Below the pieces are notes generated by a model that made no database searches, was not told the origin of the DNA, and was given only the letters and a program-made list of their open reading frames with translations. Below are positions 30,135 through 39,521 of a DNA stretch of 64,000 nucleotides, one piece after another; the stretch's first letter is position 1; the number at the start of each line of letters is the position of its first letter. Where the stretch lies: assembly GCA_039030335.1 (NCBI GenBank), contig JBCCEJ010000004.1, forward strand, positions 9,771-73,770. The letters run 5' to 3'. The DNA comes from Pseudomonadota bacterium. GTDB taxonomy: Bacteria > Pseudomonadota > Gammaproteobacteria > HK1. Position numbers and translations under genes: made by a program.

Positions 30135-31367
30135 GTGAAGGCGGGATTGAACAACGCACAGAACAGTTCGCTAAAGCGCGTGTTCGCGAGCCGTGCGTTC
30201 CTGTCCGTCTGGATGACCGGGCTCTGTGCAGGTGTCATGCGTTGGCTCGAAATTCTCGCCGTCGGCGTCTACACCCTGGAAGCCACCGGTTCGGCGCTGG
30301 CCGTAGCGCTCATGTACTTCGCGCGGACGGTACCGACCCTGGTGCTGGGTCCGGTGGCGGGCGTTCTGGCTGAGAGGATTTCGCGCAACTCACTTTACAT
30401 TGGCGCGTTGCTCGTGATGTTCACCGTCTCGAGCGTGCTGTCGGTGCTCGCCGCATCGCAACTGCTGGAGCTTTGGCATGTTGCGCTTGGGGCCGTGTTG
30501 AGCGGTTCGGTCTGGTCGTTTGAGCATACCGTGCGGCGCACGATCGCAAGAGACGTTGTACCGCCCGATACGATCGGCAACGCGATCAGCCTCGATACCG
30601 GTTCCCAGAACGCGACGCGCATGATGGGACCGCTGGTGGGCGGGGTCATCATGACCGTGGTGGGTTTGACCGGTGCGTTTGTGATCGGTGCCGTTCTCTA
30701 CGCCCTGGCGCTGTTCCTGATGCTCGGAGTGCCGCAAGTCGCGCAGCAGCCCGCCAGCGCGGCGCCGTCGTTCTGGGACGGCATCGTGGACGGCTTGCGA
30801 TATGTCCGCGAGCGTCCAGCTCTCGCGGGTGTTCTGGTGGTCACGATCGTCTTGAATCTGTTCGGTTTCCCTTACGTGTCGATGGTGCCCGTCATCGGCC
30901 GCGACGAGATCGGCCTGGAACCGGACGCCATCGGCCTGATGGCCGCCGCCGAAGGACTGGGCGCCGTGCTCGGCGCGATGGTGCTCGCCGTGACGGTCGA
31001 GAGCCGTCACTACCGAAGGCTGTTCACCGGCGGCGCATCGTTGTTCATGGTCATGATGATCGTGTTCGCGCATGCCGGCACGATGATGATGGGCGCGGCC
31101 AGTCTGCTGTTGGCCGGTATTGGTCTTGGTCTGTTCGCCGCGATGCAGAGCACCATCTTGTTGACGGGCGCTGAAGCGCACATGCGCAGCCGGGTCATGG
31201 GTATGCTGGTCGTGACGATCGGGGCAGGGCCGTTCGGTGTGCTGATGTTGGGGACATTGGCTGAGTACGTCGGCGCGTCGAACGGACTGTTGATGACGGC
31301 ATCGACCGGGTCCGTGCTGTTGCTATTGGCCGTGGTTCGCTGGCCGGTACTCATGAGCGGCGATTGA
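30135..31367 (+). CDS. MFS transporter (12 transmembrane segments)
   Basis: The ORF-track frame starts at 29649 and overlaps the divergent dehydrogenase gene. The hydrophobic core begins near RAFLSVWMTGL. The start is unresolved: GTG 30135, TTG 30147, GTG 30180 or ATG 30216, none with a strong SD. Confidence 0.65.
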   Translation: MKAGLNNAQNSSLKRVFASRAFLSVWMTGLCAGVMRWLEILAVGVYTLEATGSALAVALMYFARTVPTLVLGPVAGVLAERISRNSLYIGALLVMFTVSSVLSVLAASQLLELWHVALGAVLSGSVWSFEHTVRRTIARDVVPPDTIGNAISLDTGSQNATRMMGPLVGGVIMTVVGLTGAFVIGAVLYALALFLMLGVPQVAQQPASAAPSFWDGIVDGLRYVRERPALAGVLVVTIVLNLFGFPYVSMVPVIGRDEIGLEPDAIGLMAAAEGLGAVLGAMVLAVTVESRHYRRLFTGGASLFMVMMIVFAHAGTMMMGAASLLLAGIGLGLFAAMQSTILLTGAEAHMRSRVMGMLVVTIGAGPFGVLMLGTLAEYVGASNGLLMTASTGSVLLLLAVVRWPVLMSGD

Positions 31368-31424
31368 GGTCCCGGCCAGGACAGCCGGGACGTTCAGGAT
31401 GGTTGTGGCTTGACCTTCAACAGT

Positions 31425-32576
31425 TCAGCCTTCGACATCGATCCGCACGGTGTCACTCAGCACACCGTCCAGCCCACCGAACACGGTCAGCCGGTCGACC
31501 TTCTCGGTGACCTTCTCGAGCACTTCGAGCTCCTTCAGCCGCCGGAGCGTCGGGTTCTCATCCATGAGCCGTGCCGTGTTGAGCAGGCTGCGCGTCGCCG
31601 CCGTTTCTTCACGCCGCCGGATGACATTGGCCTGCGCGGCCTTCTCGGCCGCGACGACCTGATTCAGGATCTCCTTCATGTCGCCCGGCAGGATGATGTC
31701 TCGTACACCGACGCCAACTACCTCGATACCGTGTGCGGCGACACGTTCGCGTACGTGCTCATCGATGGTCCGGTCCAGCACCGCCTTGTCGCCGAGCAGA
31801 GCGTCGAGAGAACGTGTACCAACCGCGGCCCGCAGCGCAAACTGCAGTTCGCGGTAAAGCGACTGACTGAAGTCGGTGAGCTGCTGTCGGGCTGCCACCG
31901 GATCGACGACCCGGTAAGAAGCCAGCACGCTGACCCGCAGCGTCACCTTGTCCTTCGTCAGCAATTCCTGGCCGTTCAGTTCCAGCAGCTGCGCGCGCTG
32001 GTCGACCACTTCGACACGTACGGTGTCGTGGAACGTCCAGTACGCGTGCTGACCCGGGGCCAGCACTTCACGCAGCTCACCGTTCACCACGAGCATGCCG
32101 ACCGCGTTGTCATCTACCGTAGTCGCGTAGATGTAGCGGCTGAGACCGTGCCGCAGGTGATCGCTTTCAGTCCGCGTCATGGCCTTCATGACGCGGGCGT
32201 CCACCGGCTGCGGCTCTTCAACGCTGAACCGCTCGATGGCGACGTTGACGAGCGGCGTCGCCCAGTAGACGGCGTGCGAACCCGGTGCCAGCACGTCGAA
32301 CAGCCGGCCTTCGTGATAAACCAGAGCCGCCTCCTGGTCAGTCAGGTCGACGACATCGGTGTGGCTTGCGAAGAACGCCGGCGCCTGCAACAGAAGCCGG
32401 TCGAGCTCTGCGACATCGATTCGCACACGCGTCATATCAAGGGTATGCAGGCGCACGCGATTCAGCGGGTCGAACAACCGGTGCACACCCGGTTCGAGCA
32501 TGCATTCGTAGCGCCGGTTCACGAACATCAAGACGCGTTCGTGTTCCGCTACGGCCAGCCGATTGAATCCAAACAT
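31425..32576 (-). CDS. SPFH/band-7 (stomatin/slipin-like) domain protein
   Basis: GGAGGAA SD 7 nt upstream of ATG 32576. C-terminal band-7 domain and coiled coil (ILPGDMKEILNQVVAAEKAAQANVIRRRE). Confidence 0.75.
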   Translation of the reverse strand: MFGFNRLAVAEHERVLMFVNRRYECMLEPGVHRLFDPLNRVRLHTLDMTRVRIDVAELDRLLLQAPAFFASHTDVVDLTDQEAALVYHEGRLFDVLAPGSHAVYWATPLVNVAIERFSVEEPQPVDARVMKAMTRTESDHLRHGLSRYIYATTVDDNAVGMLVVNGELREVLAPGQHAYWTFHDTVRVEVVDQRAQLLELNGQELLTKDKVTLRVSVLASYRVVDPVAARQQLTDFSQSLYRELQFALRAAVGTRSLDALLGDKAVLDRTIDEHVRERVAAHGIEVVGVGVRDIILPGDMKEILNQVVAAEKAAQANVIRRREETAATRSLLNTARLMDENPTLRRLKELEVLEKVTEKVDRLTVFGGLDGVLSDTVRIDVEG

Positions 32577-32617
32577 GGTGTATTCCTCCAGTACGGTTTT
32601 CGTGAGCCATCGAACAC

Positions 32618-32635
32618 GATGTGAAAATTCACATC
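32618..32635. promoter_or_regulatory. inverted repeat GATGTGAA-aa-TTCACATC, 42-59 bp upstream of the SPFH start codon; candidate operator
   Basis: 8-bp arms that are exact reverse complements with a 2-bp spacer, inside the SPFH promoter region. Confidence 0.3.
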
Positions 32636-32942
32636 AGTAAAGTTGGGATGCGGCCCCGCGTGGTGGCGCGGACTGTTTACCTGCCGCGCGACGTGGCACT
32701 TGCATAAGCGACGGCTCGAACCCCGCGGGATACCCTCTTCCTTGTGGGTATGCGGCCGGGTTGGAGGCGCATCGATAAGCAAAGTGCTACGTGGCGGGCC
32801 GCCGGTCTGGCGAACCGGACCGGCGCAACAGCCAGGGCGCGTCGCACGTTGCCCGTCGCGCCCTGGCGCGTCGGGCGTGGGGCCACATTCCCGATGCATC
32901 TTTCGATGCGGATTGGACGAAGTGGTTGGGAGCCACTAGTTG

Positions 32943-33015
32943 AGAAGCAGGAAGGATTCGAACCTTCTACCAGCCGAATCAAGTTCGGTTGCTCTAACCG
33001 ATGAGCTACAACTTC
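32943..33015 (-). tRNA. tRNA-like element (73 nt; cloverleaf with anticodon-loop UUG, Gln-like); probably a degenerate tRNA or pseudogene
   Basis: Reverse complement AGGATGAAGTTGTAGCTCATCGGTTAGAGCAACCGAACTTGATTCGGCTGGTAGAAGGTTCGAATCCTTCCTGCTTCT. It folds into a canonical D arm (GCTC/GAGC with GG) and T arm (GAAGG-TTCGAAT-CCTTC). It also has a U6:U67 mismatch, an A27:C43 mismatch, C33 in the anticodon loop and no encoded CCA. Confidence 0.45.
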
Positions 33016-33959
33016 ATCCTCGAACCGCGGTACAGACCAGATACACGCCTTGCAATGAGAGCTTCGGCGTGTCAGGCAGATATACAGAATCTGCTCCGCA
33101 AGGCTGAACCGCGGGGTCGAGCCGGCTTTATCGACGGGCGCGCAAATCAACGCGCCTTATCGATACGCCCGAGCTACGGGATCGCTTAAGACGTTCCTGG
33201 AATTGGATTTGGACATGAAAAAACCCTGGTCAAACGTTGCAATCAATGCAGGCTCGCCAGGGTTTCCGGCCAGACCTGCGAATGTTCGGCAAGGCCTGGC
33301 AAGGGATAGAAGGCCAGACGTTACCGGAGAAGACTGTGTATCTGCGCGCAGCCTTGCGCCCGTAGAACGGGTCCGCCGATGCGCGTTTTGGTTTGTGGAT
33401 TGAGGTCAAACATCTGACCGTGGCTCCGTCTGTGTCGGTAATCGGGACGTTCGGTAGCGAACCGTCCGTAAGCGTTGTCTGCGCAAAACGATTGTGCCGC
33501 CGCTCGCCGCTCGCCTTCGCGATGAATGGCAAGCGGGGGCGCGCATTATGCGCGCCGCAAACAAGTTGTCAACACTTAGTCGGCGAAAGGTTTCGTTGCC
33601 GGGCCGCGCTGGTGCAAGCGATAGCGTAAAGCGTACGCCGTGTGCGATGCGTTGCGAGTCGAATCAGTTGTAGCCGAGCACAGCGACATGGGAGACGTCG
33701 TATTCAACCTGCGGCTTCGAGGCTTCGGCCTGGTTCGACGTCGGAGGTTTGCTGTAAACAACAGGAACGGTCGGCTGGGACTGCGAAGGAGTGGCTGAGT
33801 ACATCGGTACATCTCACGTTCATGAATGAAGGCGAGTCGTAGTCTTACGTTGGAATCTGGCGCAATTATGGCGAACCTCGGCCGAACTCCGGACCTTACG
33901 AGGCAAAGCGCTTGAAGTTGTTGTGCCTGAACTGTGTTTTGCAGTGATTTGTATGCGGG

Positions 33960-34652
33960 CTAGTGCACCGTGGTGCCGTCGAACAGCGGTACCTTGCGCA
34001 GTTTGAAGGCCGGTATCAACACCGCGCCGGCAACGAAACCACCGATATGCGCCCACCACGCAACCGTGCCGTCCGGGTTCGCATAGCCTTGCCAGAGCTG
34101 CCACCCGAACCAGACGACCAGCAGCACGTAAGCCGGCAGATGTACCGGGAATCGATTGAACGCAAGCACCAGCACCTTGACCCGGGGATGCAGCAGCAAG
34201 TAGGCGCCGAGGATGCCGGAGACTGCCCCGCTTGCACCGATGAGTGGTGCCATCGATTGCGGCTCCGCGAGCGCGTGGGCGCCGCTCGCGATACACCCGC
34301 AAATGAGATAGAAGAACACGAACCGGACATGTCCCATCGCGTCTTCGACGTTGTCACCAAAGACCCACAGGTAGGCCATGTTGCCGATCAGGTGCATCCA
34401 CCCGCCGTGCAGGAAGAGACTCGTCAGCGGCGTGATAGCCGCATGTGGGAGCGCCTGATCGAGTCGGTATTCCGCGTGCCCCAGCAGCACCGCGGGCGTC
34501 ATACCGTAGCTCGCATGAGCAAGGCCGAGCGCAGCGTCGGAGAGCCCCAGTTGCCATAGGAACACGCCGGTGCAGAGCGCGATCAGCGCGACGGTAGTCA
34601 CCTGGAGCGGAATGACTCTGAGCGGATTTTGGTCGTGGAGTGGGAGGAACAT
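33960..34652 (-). CDS. rhomboid-family intramembrane serine protease
   Basis: GASGAVSG (GxSG catalytic Ser), AHIGGF catalytic His and six transmembrane segments. Confidence 0.85.
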   Translation of the reverse strand: MFLPLHDQNPLRVIPLQVTTVALIALCTGVFLWQLGLSDAALGLAHASYGMTPAVLLGHAEYRLDQALPHAAITPLTSLFLHGGWMHLIGNMAYLWVFGDNVEDAMGHVRFVFFYLICGCIASGAHALAEPQSMAPLIGASGAVSGILGAYLLLHPRVKVLVLAFNRFPVHLPAYVLLVVWFGWQLWQGYANPDGTVAWWAHIGGFVAGAVLIPAFKLRKVPLFDGTTVH

Positions 34653-34813
34653 GACAAAGTTCTGAGGCTAGGTGATCACTGCAGCCACCATCGCACATGC
34701 GCAAGCTCCGGCGCCTGGTGGAACTCGCCGCTGGTCCCGTGCGGTTTTCCGGCGACAAATTGGTGCCGTTTGACAGAGGGCGACGGGGTCTGATTGTCCA
34801 GGCGGTGCATCAT

Positions 34814-35488
34814 CTATTCAATTTCGCAACCGAGGCGGGTGAGCGACTCCTCCACCCACGACCGGTCGCTGGTGCCGGATTCGATTTCGGCCATCTGTTG
34901 CTCTTCGGCGCGCAGTTTCGCCTCCGAAGCAACACACACTGTTTCGACGTGATCGTATGGCACGCAGAGGATACCGTCGTCATCCCCGAGCATCAGGTCG
35001 CCCGGCTCGATGACCATTCCGTCGATGGCGATGGGCACGTTGATTTCCCCGGGACCGTCTTTGTAGGGGCCGCGGTGGGTGACGCCGGCTGCGTAAACCG
35101 GAAGGCCGCGCCGTGGAAAACACTCTGCGTCACGTACTGCACCGTCGATCACGATCCCCGCGACGCCGGTTTTGATGGCGAATGACAGCATCAACTCACC
35201 GATGAGGGCGTTCGTCAGTTCGCCGCCGCCGTCTACGACGACGACGTCGCCGGCCTGCGCCATGTTGAGCGCTTTGTGGATCATCAGATTGTCGCCGGGG
35301 CGCGTCTTCACCGTCAGTGCCGGCCCGGCCATATGGCCCGACCCGTGCATGGGCCGCAGGCGTGCGCCGCCGGCACTCATACGCCACATGTTGTCGCTGA
35401 CGTTCGCGACGGGCAATGCTTTGAACCGGTCTATGAACGACTGTTCGACGACGCGGTGCCGTTTACAAATGCGGAATCCGATGCTCAT
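34814..35488 (-). CDS. RraA-family protein (RNase E regulator RraA / 4-hydroxy-4-methyl-2-oxoglutarate aldolase fold)
   Basis: RraA/MenG-fold motifs (GDVVVVDGGG...GIVIDGAVRD). ATG 35488 with an AAGGAG SD 8 nt upstream. The ORF track gives 35551. Confidence 0.75.
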   Translation of the reverse strand: MSIGFRICKRHRVVEQSFIDRFKALPVANVSDNMWRMSAGGARLRPMHGSGHMAGPALTVKTRPGDNLMIHKALNMAQAGDVVVVDGGGELTNALIGELMLSFAIKTGVAGIVIDGAVRDAECFPRRGLPVYAAGVTHRGPYKDGPGEINVPIAIDGMVIEPGDLMLGDDDGILCVPYDHVETVCVASEAKLRAEEQQMAEIESGTSDRSWVEESLTRLGCEIE

Positions 35489-35560
35489 CCAGTTGACTCC
35501 TTGGAAGCTCGAGTTGCTTGAGCCGCCGCGCTGCGCGCAATCCGCGGCCACTGGTCAATG

Positions 35561-35818
35561 TTATTTCCTGGCACTGCTCTCGACGAGGTTGTGACTGTCG
35601 GCAGCGGTCAGGTCCAGATCGTAGACGTCCTTCAACTGCTCGATCTTCAGCAGTAACTCGGGCTCGAATGGAACCCGGCCCTCAAAGCAATGCAGAGCCA
35701 TGCCCTCCAGCAAATCGCCGAGCGACAGGTCCAGATGCTCCGCGAGACCCTTTAGAACCTTTAGCAGGCGTTTTTCAATTCGCACGCCGGTTTGCACGCG
35801 CTGCACGGATTTCTTCAT
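35561..35818 (-). CDS. small (85-aa) putative ribbon-helix-helix DNA-binding protein
   Basis: A basic N terminus followed by a beta-strand and helix (VQTGVRIEKRLLKVLKGLAEHLDLSLGDLLE) is consistent with RHH/CopG. Divergent from the Hsp70-like gene. Confidence 0.4.
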   Translation of the reverse strand: MKKSVQRVQTGVRIEKRLLKVLKGLAEHLDLSLGDLLEGMALHCFEGRVPFEPELLLKIEQLKDVYDLDLTAADSHNLVESSARK

Positions 35819-36021
35819 CGCTTGTTCGCGCCTGCCGACCGCGCGTGTAAATTGAGTGATGCAGTCATTCTATCCCGGGTCTGAACGAATGACCGGCCCG
35901 GGTCCACACTGACGGTGCAGATGCGGTGTAAGCCTGGCTGCCGTTGCGTAACCCACCTTCCAGGCAATGACAGCGAGCGCCACCCCATTTATGATCCGGC
36001 ACCCGACCACGAGGCGGTGTC

Positions 36022-37296
36022 ATGGCGCTTTCCATCGATCGTCCGATTCTCTGCGTCGACTTCGGTACTACCAACTCGGCTGCGTGCTGGGTCGAGGCCG
36101 GCGAGGTCACCGTAGTTCCCCTGGAAGAGGGTCGCCCGACACTGCCAAGTGCAATTTTCTTCAGTGCCGAAGACCTGTCGGTGGCATTCGGGGCAGCAGC
36201 CATCCGTCGCTACGAGTCCGGTGAGAGCGGCCGATTGATGAAGGCCCTGAAGACGGTGATGAGCACGGGACTCATCGACGAGTCCACCGCGATTCGTGGC
36301 GGCTACATCCGTTATCGAGAAGTGATCGGGCTGTTTCTGGCGCACATCAAGTCGACCGCGGAGGCTTTCATGGGGCGCTCTGTCGATCAGGCGCTGCTCG
36401 GCCGCCCCGTGCACTTCATCGACGATGCACCCGAGCGCGATCGGCGGGCGCAGGAGGTGCTCGGCGAGATCGCCAACCAGGTCGGGCTGACAACCGTGCG
36501 TTTCCAATATGAGCCGATCGCAGCCGCCGTCGACTACGAAGTTAGCCTGACGCGGGATCAGGCAGTGCTCATCGTCGACATCGGTGGCGGTACTTCGGAC
36601 TTCTCGCTGGTCAGCCTCGGCCCCTCCTTTCGTGACGCGCCGGACCGCTCCGGCAGCGTGGTGGGTACCGCGGGTGTGCGCCTTGCCGGTACCGACTTCG
36701 ACCGCCTGCTCAGCCTCGAGACCACCATGCGCACGCTCGGTATGGGCGCGACCGGCAAGTCGGGGCGGCCACTGCCAACGTATCTCTATCACAAGCTGTC
36801 GACCTGGCACGAGATCAATACCGCCTACAATCCGGCCGACCTGAGCGAGACGATGCAACTGCGCGCGGAGTTTGTTGATTTGCGCATGCACGATCGGTTG
36901 ATGTGCACGCTACGGGAGAAGCTCGGACACCGGCTGATCGGAGCCGTGGAGCGAGCCAAGATGGAAGTTGCTGAGGGTGGCGAAGCAGAGATCGGCCTCG
37001 CGTTTCTTGAAGACGCTCTGATCGCGAGCCTGGGCGAGGACACGCTGCGCGCGTCGATCGGCCGGGCCATAACCGACATTGTCGGTTGCGCCGAACAGCT
37101 GATCGAGCGCAGCGCCCTGGCGCGCGATGCGATCTCGGCGCTCTATTTCACCGGAGGCTCGACGGGAGTCCGTGCGCTGCGTGAAGCTTTCGCGCAGGCA
37201 TTTCCGCTCAGCGAAGCGTACGTCGGCGAGCAGTTCACGAGTGTTTCCCAGGGCCTTGGTATCGCGGCTGGTCGCGGCTACTGGCTGGAGCGCTGA
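36022..37296 (+). CDS. Hsp70-family ATPase lacking the canonical substrate-binding domain (YegD-like)
   Basis: Actin-like ATPase motifs: DFGTTNSAACW (phosphate 1), VLIVDIGGGTSDFSLV (phosphate 2), YFTGGSTGV (adenosine). 424 aa. Confidence 0.8.
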   Translation: MALSIDRPILCVDFGTTNSAACWVEAGEVTVVPLEEGRPTLPSAIFFSAEDLSVAFGAAAIRRYESGESGRLMKALKTVMSTGLIDESTAIRGGYIRYREVIGLFLAHIKSTAEAFMGRSVDQALLGRPVHFIDDAPERDRRAQEVLGEIANQVGLTTVRFQYEPIAAAVDYEVSLTRDQAVLIVDIGGGTSDFSLVSLGPSFRDAPDRSGSVVGTAGVRLAGTDFDRLLSLETTMRTLGMGATGKSGRPLPTYLYHKLSTWHEINTAYNPADLSETMQLRAEFVDLRMHDRLMCTLREKLGHRLIGAVERAKMEVAEGGEAEIGLAFLEDALIASLGEDTLRASIGRAITDIVGCAEQLIERSALARDAISALYFTGGSTGVRALREAFAQAFPLSEAYVGEQFTSVSQGLGIAAGRGYWLER

Positions 37297-37430
37297 CCGT
37301 ACGGCCGGCTTGCAACTCTTGGGCGACTCAGCCACTTTGTCGTCGTAATAAAGGCCGCCACGGCGAGCAACTGCTTATCCAGCGCTTGCTCGCTCTGACG
37401 CGAGCGTAACACTCCCGGGAGAGACTGCGT

Positions 37431-38549
37431 ATGTCAACGGCTGATCGGCCGTTTCGGTTCTATGACAACCGGCAGAAATACCTGTCGTTCGTCACGACCT
37501 GCAACGAGAAATCCAAACTCGCGGAGCGGGCGAAGCGGGAACTCCACCATATCGAGCCACGGCCCCCGGCGCTGCGTATCTTCGACGCCGGCGTTGGCGA
37601 CGGCACGCTGCTCAGCCATGTGCTGCGCCAGGTCCATCAGCGCCATCCCACGGTACCCATCTACATCGTGGGCAAAGAGATCAGCCTGGAAGACATCCGG
37701 CTCAGCCTTGAAAAGTTGCCCGATCGATTCGTCGAACATGCGCCCACGGTGGCCGTGTTCACGAACCTCTACTATGCCGATGCCCCCTGGTTGCACGGGC
37801 CGAAGACACCGATCAACTGGATCGACTTGCCGCTCGCGGGCGATACGGCGGCCGAGTTTGGCGAGCAGCTGCGGGCGCTCGATTCGAAGCTCGTCGACGG
37901 GTGGCGCGTCAAGGCCAGCGAACGCACGGGCAATCCGCTCTACGTCAAACCGTCGGTGCTGGTCGTATACCGGGACGATTATCGGTTCATGCTCGATGGC
38001 ATTCGCCCGACCCCCGGCAACACGCGGGCCGATTACGATTTAATGCTCGTTTCGCAGCCGTGGCGAGCGCGTATGACGGCCGATTTCAAGGTCGATAAGG
38101 TGCTGGCACCGATGAGCCGCGCGTTGGCGCCGGGTGGCCGGGCACTGGTGGCGCAGTCGATCGGCAACGACCCTGGTCTCGAACTGATCCGCCGGATCTG
38201 GCCGGACGAAGATCCGTTCCAGGTCACTCGGCATGAACTAATCGGTGTGTTGCGTGAGCGCCTTGGTGACGACGTCGCACAGTTCCAGTTTCAAGGGCTC
38301 GCTGATGCGGACTCGATACTGAGTTACAGCATGCATACGCTGCCAGACGAGATTCAGTCCAGTATCGGTACTTCGACACTGTTCGCCGCCTGGAACGCCG
38401 CGATCTACGTCGCTCAGGTCGAAGACGAGCGTCTGGAGCCGGTATTGAGCAGTGGCGACTACCTGGAGCACACCGCCGCCATCTTGAAGAAATACGGCGG
38501 GCTTTGGTTCAACGACGAGGTGTTCGTCGTGTCGCGCTTGCCCGCTTAG
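37431..38549 (+). CDS. hypothetical protein with a possible Rossmann/SAM-methyltransferase-like fold
   Basis: IFDAGVGDGTLLSHV resembles methyltransferase motif I, and LAPGGRALVAQS resembles the post-III motif. No confident family assignment. Follows the YegD-like gene. Confidence 0.45.
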   Translation: MSTADRPFRFYDNRQKYLSFVTTCNEKSKLAERAKRELHHIEPRPPALRIFDAGVGDGTLLSHVLRQVHQRHPTVPIYIVGKEISLEDIRLSLEKLPDRFVEHAPTVAVFTNLYYADAPWLHGPKTPINWIDLPLAGDTAAEFGEQLRALDSKLVDGWRVKASERTGNPLYVKPSVLVVYRDDYRFMLDGIRPTPGNTRADYDLMLVSQPWRARMTADFKVDKVLAPMSRALAPGGRALVAQSIGNDPGLELIRRIWPDEDPFQVTRHELIGVLRERLGDDVAQFQFQGLADADSILSYSMHTLPDEIQSSIGTSTLFAAWNAAIYVAQVEDERLEPVLSSGDYLEHTAAILKKYGGLWFNDEVFVVSRLPA

Positions 38550-38612
38550 TTCCGCGGCCGGTTTGCACGGTCCGACCATTGGCTGCCGGCATCAGGCTGG
38601 CGCGAGAGGAAA

Positions 38613-39476
38613 TTGATGAATAGCGCTACACAGGAACCGATCACCGGTCTCGACCATTGCATCATTCTGGTCCGGGATCTGGACACCGCCGCCGAGCGGA
38701 TGCGCGCGCTGGGGTTTGCGCCAGCACCGCGCGGGGTGCACAGCGAGCATATGGGTTCACACAACCACTGCGTCATGCTGGAGCGTGGTTACTTCGAAGT
38801 GATGGCCTTGCGTTTCCCAACGGAGCACAACGAGCGGTGGCAAGCCGCGCTGGCGGTGCGCGAAGGGCTGGCTGCGATCGCATTGGAAACGAACGACGCA
38901 CAAGCGGCTGCTGGAGTGTTCGAATCGCGCGGTGTTCCGCCCGCACGGCTGGTCGACTTTTCCCGCCCGGTAGATCTGGGCGGCGAGACCCGAGATGCGA
39001 GCTTCACGACGCTGACTCTGCCCGACAGCGTGTCTCCGGTGCCGTCATTCCTGTGTCATCACCACACGCGCGACGTCGTGTGGCGGCCTGAGTACCTGAA
39101 GCACGCGAACGGGGCCTGCGCGTTTCTGGGACTGGTCATGGTAGCAGCCGACCCGCAGGCGACCGCAGCACAGATGTCGCCGGCTTATGGCGCACACCGC
39201 CGTCAGACGATCGCCGACGGTGTGCGCATCGACATGGGTTCGAGCGCGGTGAACATCGTCACGGCCGCGGCATTTGCGGGGCGCTACGCGGAAATTCCGC
39301 TCGATGCGGCAGCGGTCGCGCCTTATCTGGGCGCCATCAGGATCGGTGTCACCGATGCCGCCGTTACCGACGCCTGGTTGACCGGACACGGTGTAGCCAC
39401 CCATCGGAGCGCAGCCGGCACAACCTGCATTGCGCCAGCCGACGCCTGTGGTGCGCTGATCGAATTCGTGGCTTAG
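38613..39476 (+). CDS. VOC-family (glyoxalase/bleomycin-resistance/extradiol dioxygenase fold) two-domain protein
   Basis: LDHCIILVRDLDTAAERMRALGF N-terminal VOC module, with a second module later in the sequence. Confidence 0.75.
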   Translation: MMNSATQEPITGLDHCIILVRDLDTAAERMRALGFAPAPRGVHSEHMGSHNHCVMLERGYFEVMALRFPTEHNERWQAALAVREGLAAIALETNDAQAAAGVFESRGVPPARLVDFSRPVDLGGETRDASFTTLTLPDSVSPVPSFLCHHHTRDVVWRPEYLKHANGACAFLGLVMVAADPQATAAQMSPAYGAHRRQTIADGVRIDMGSSAVNIVTAAAFAGRYAEIPLDAAAVAPYLGAIRIGVTDAAVTDAWLTGHGVATHRSAAGTTCIAPADACGALIEFVA

Positions 39477-39521
39477 TCGCGCGACTTAAGCCTTTCTAAC
39501 AATTGAACCAGGGAGTACGCC

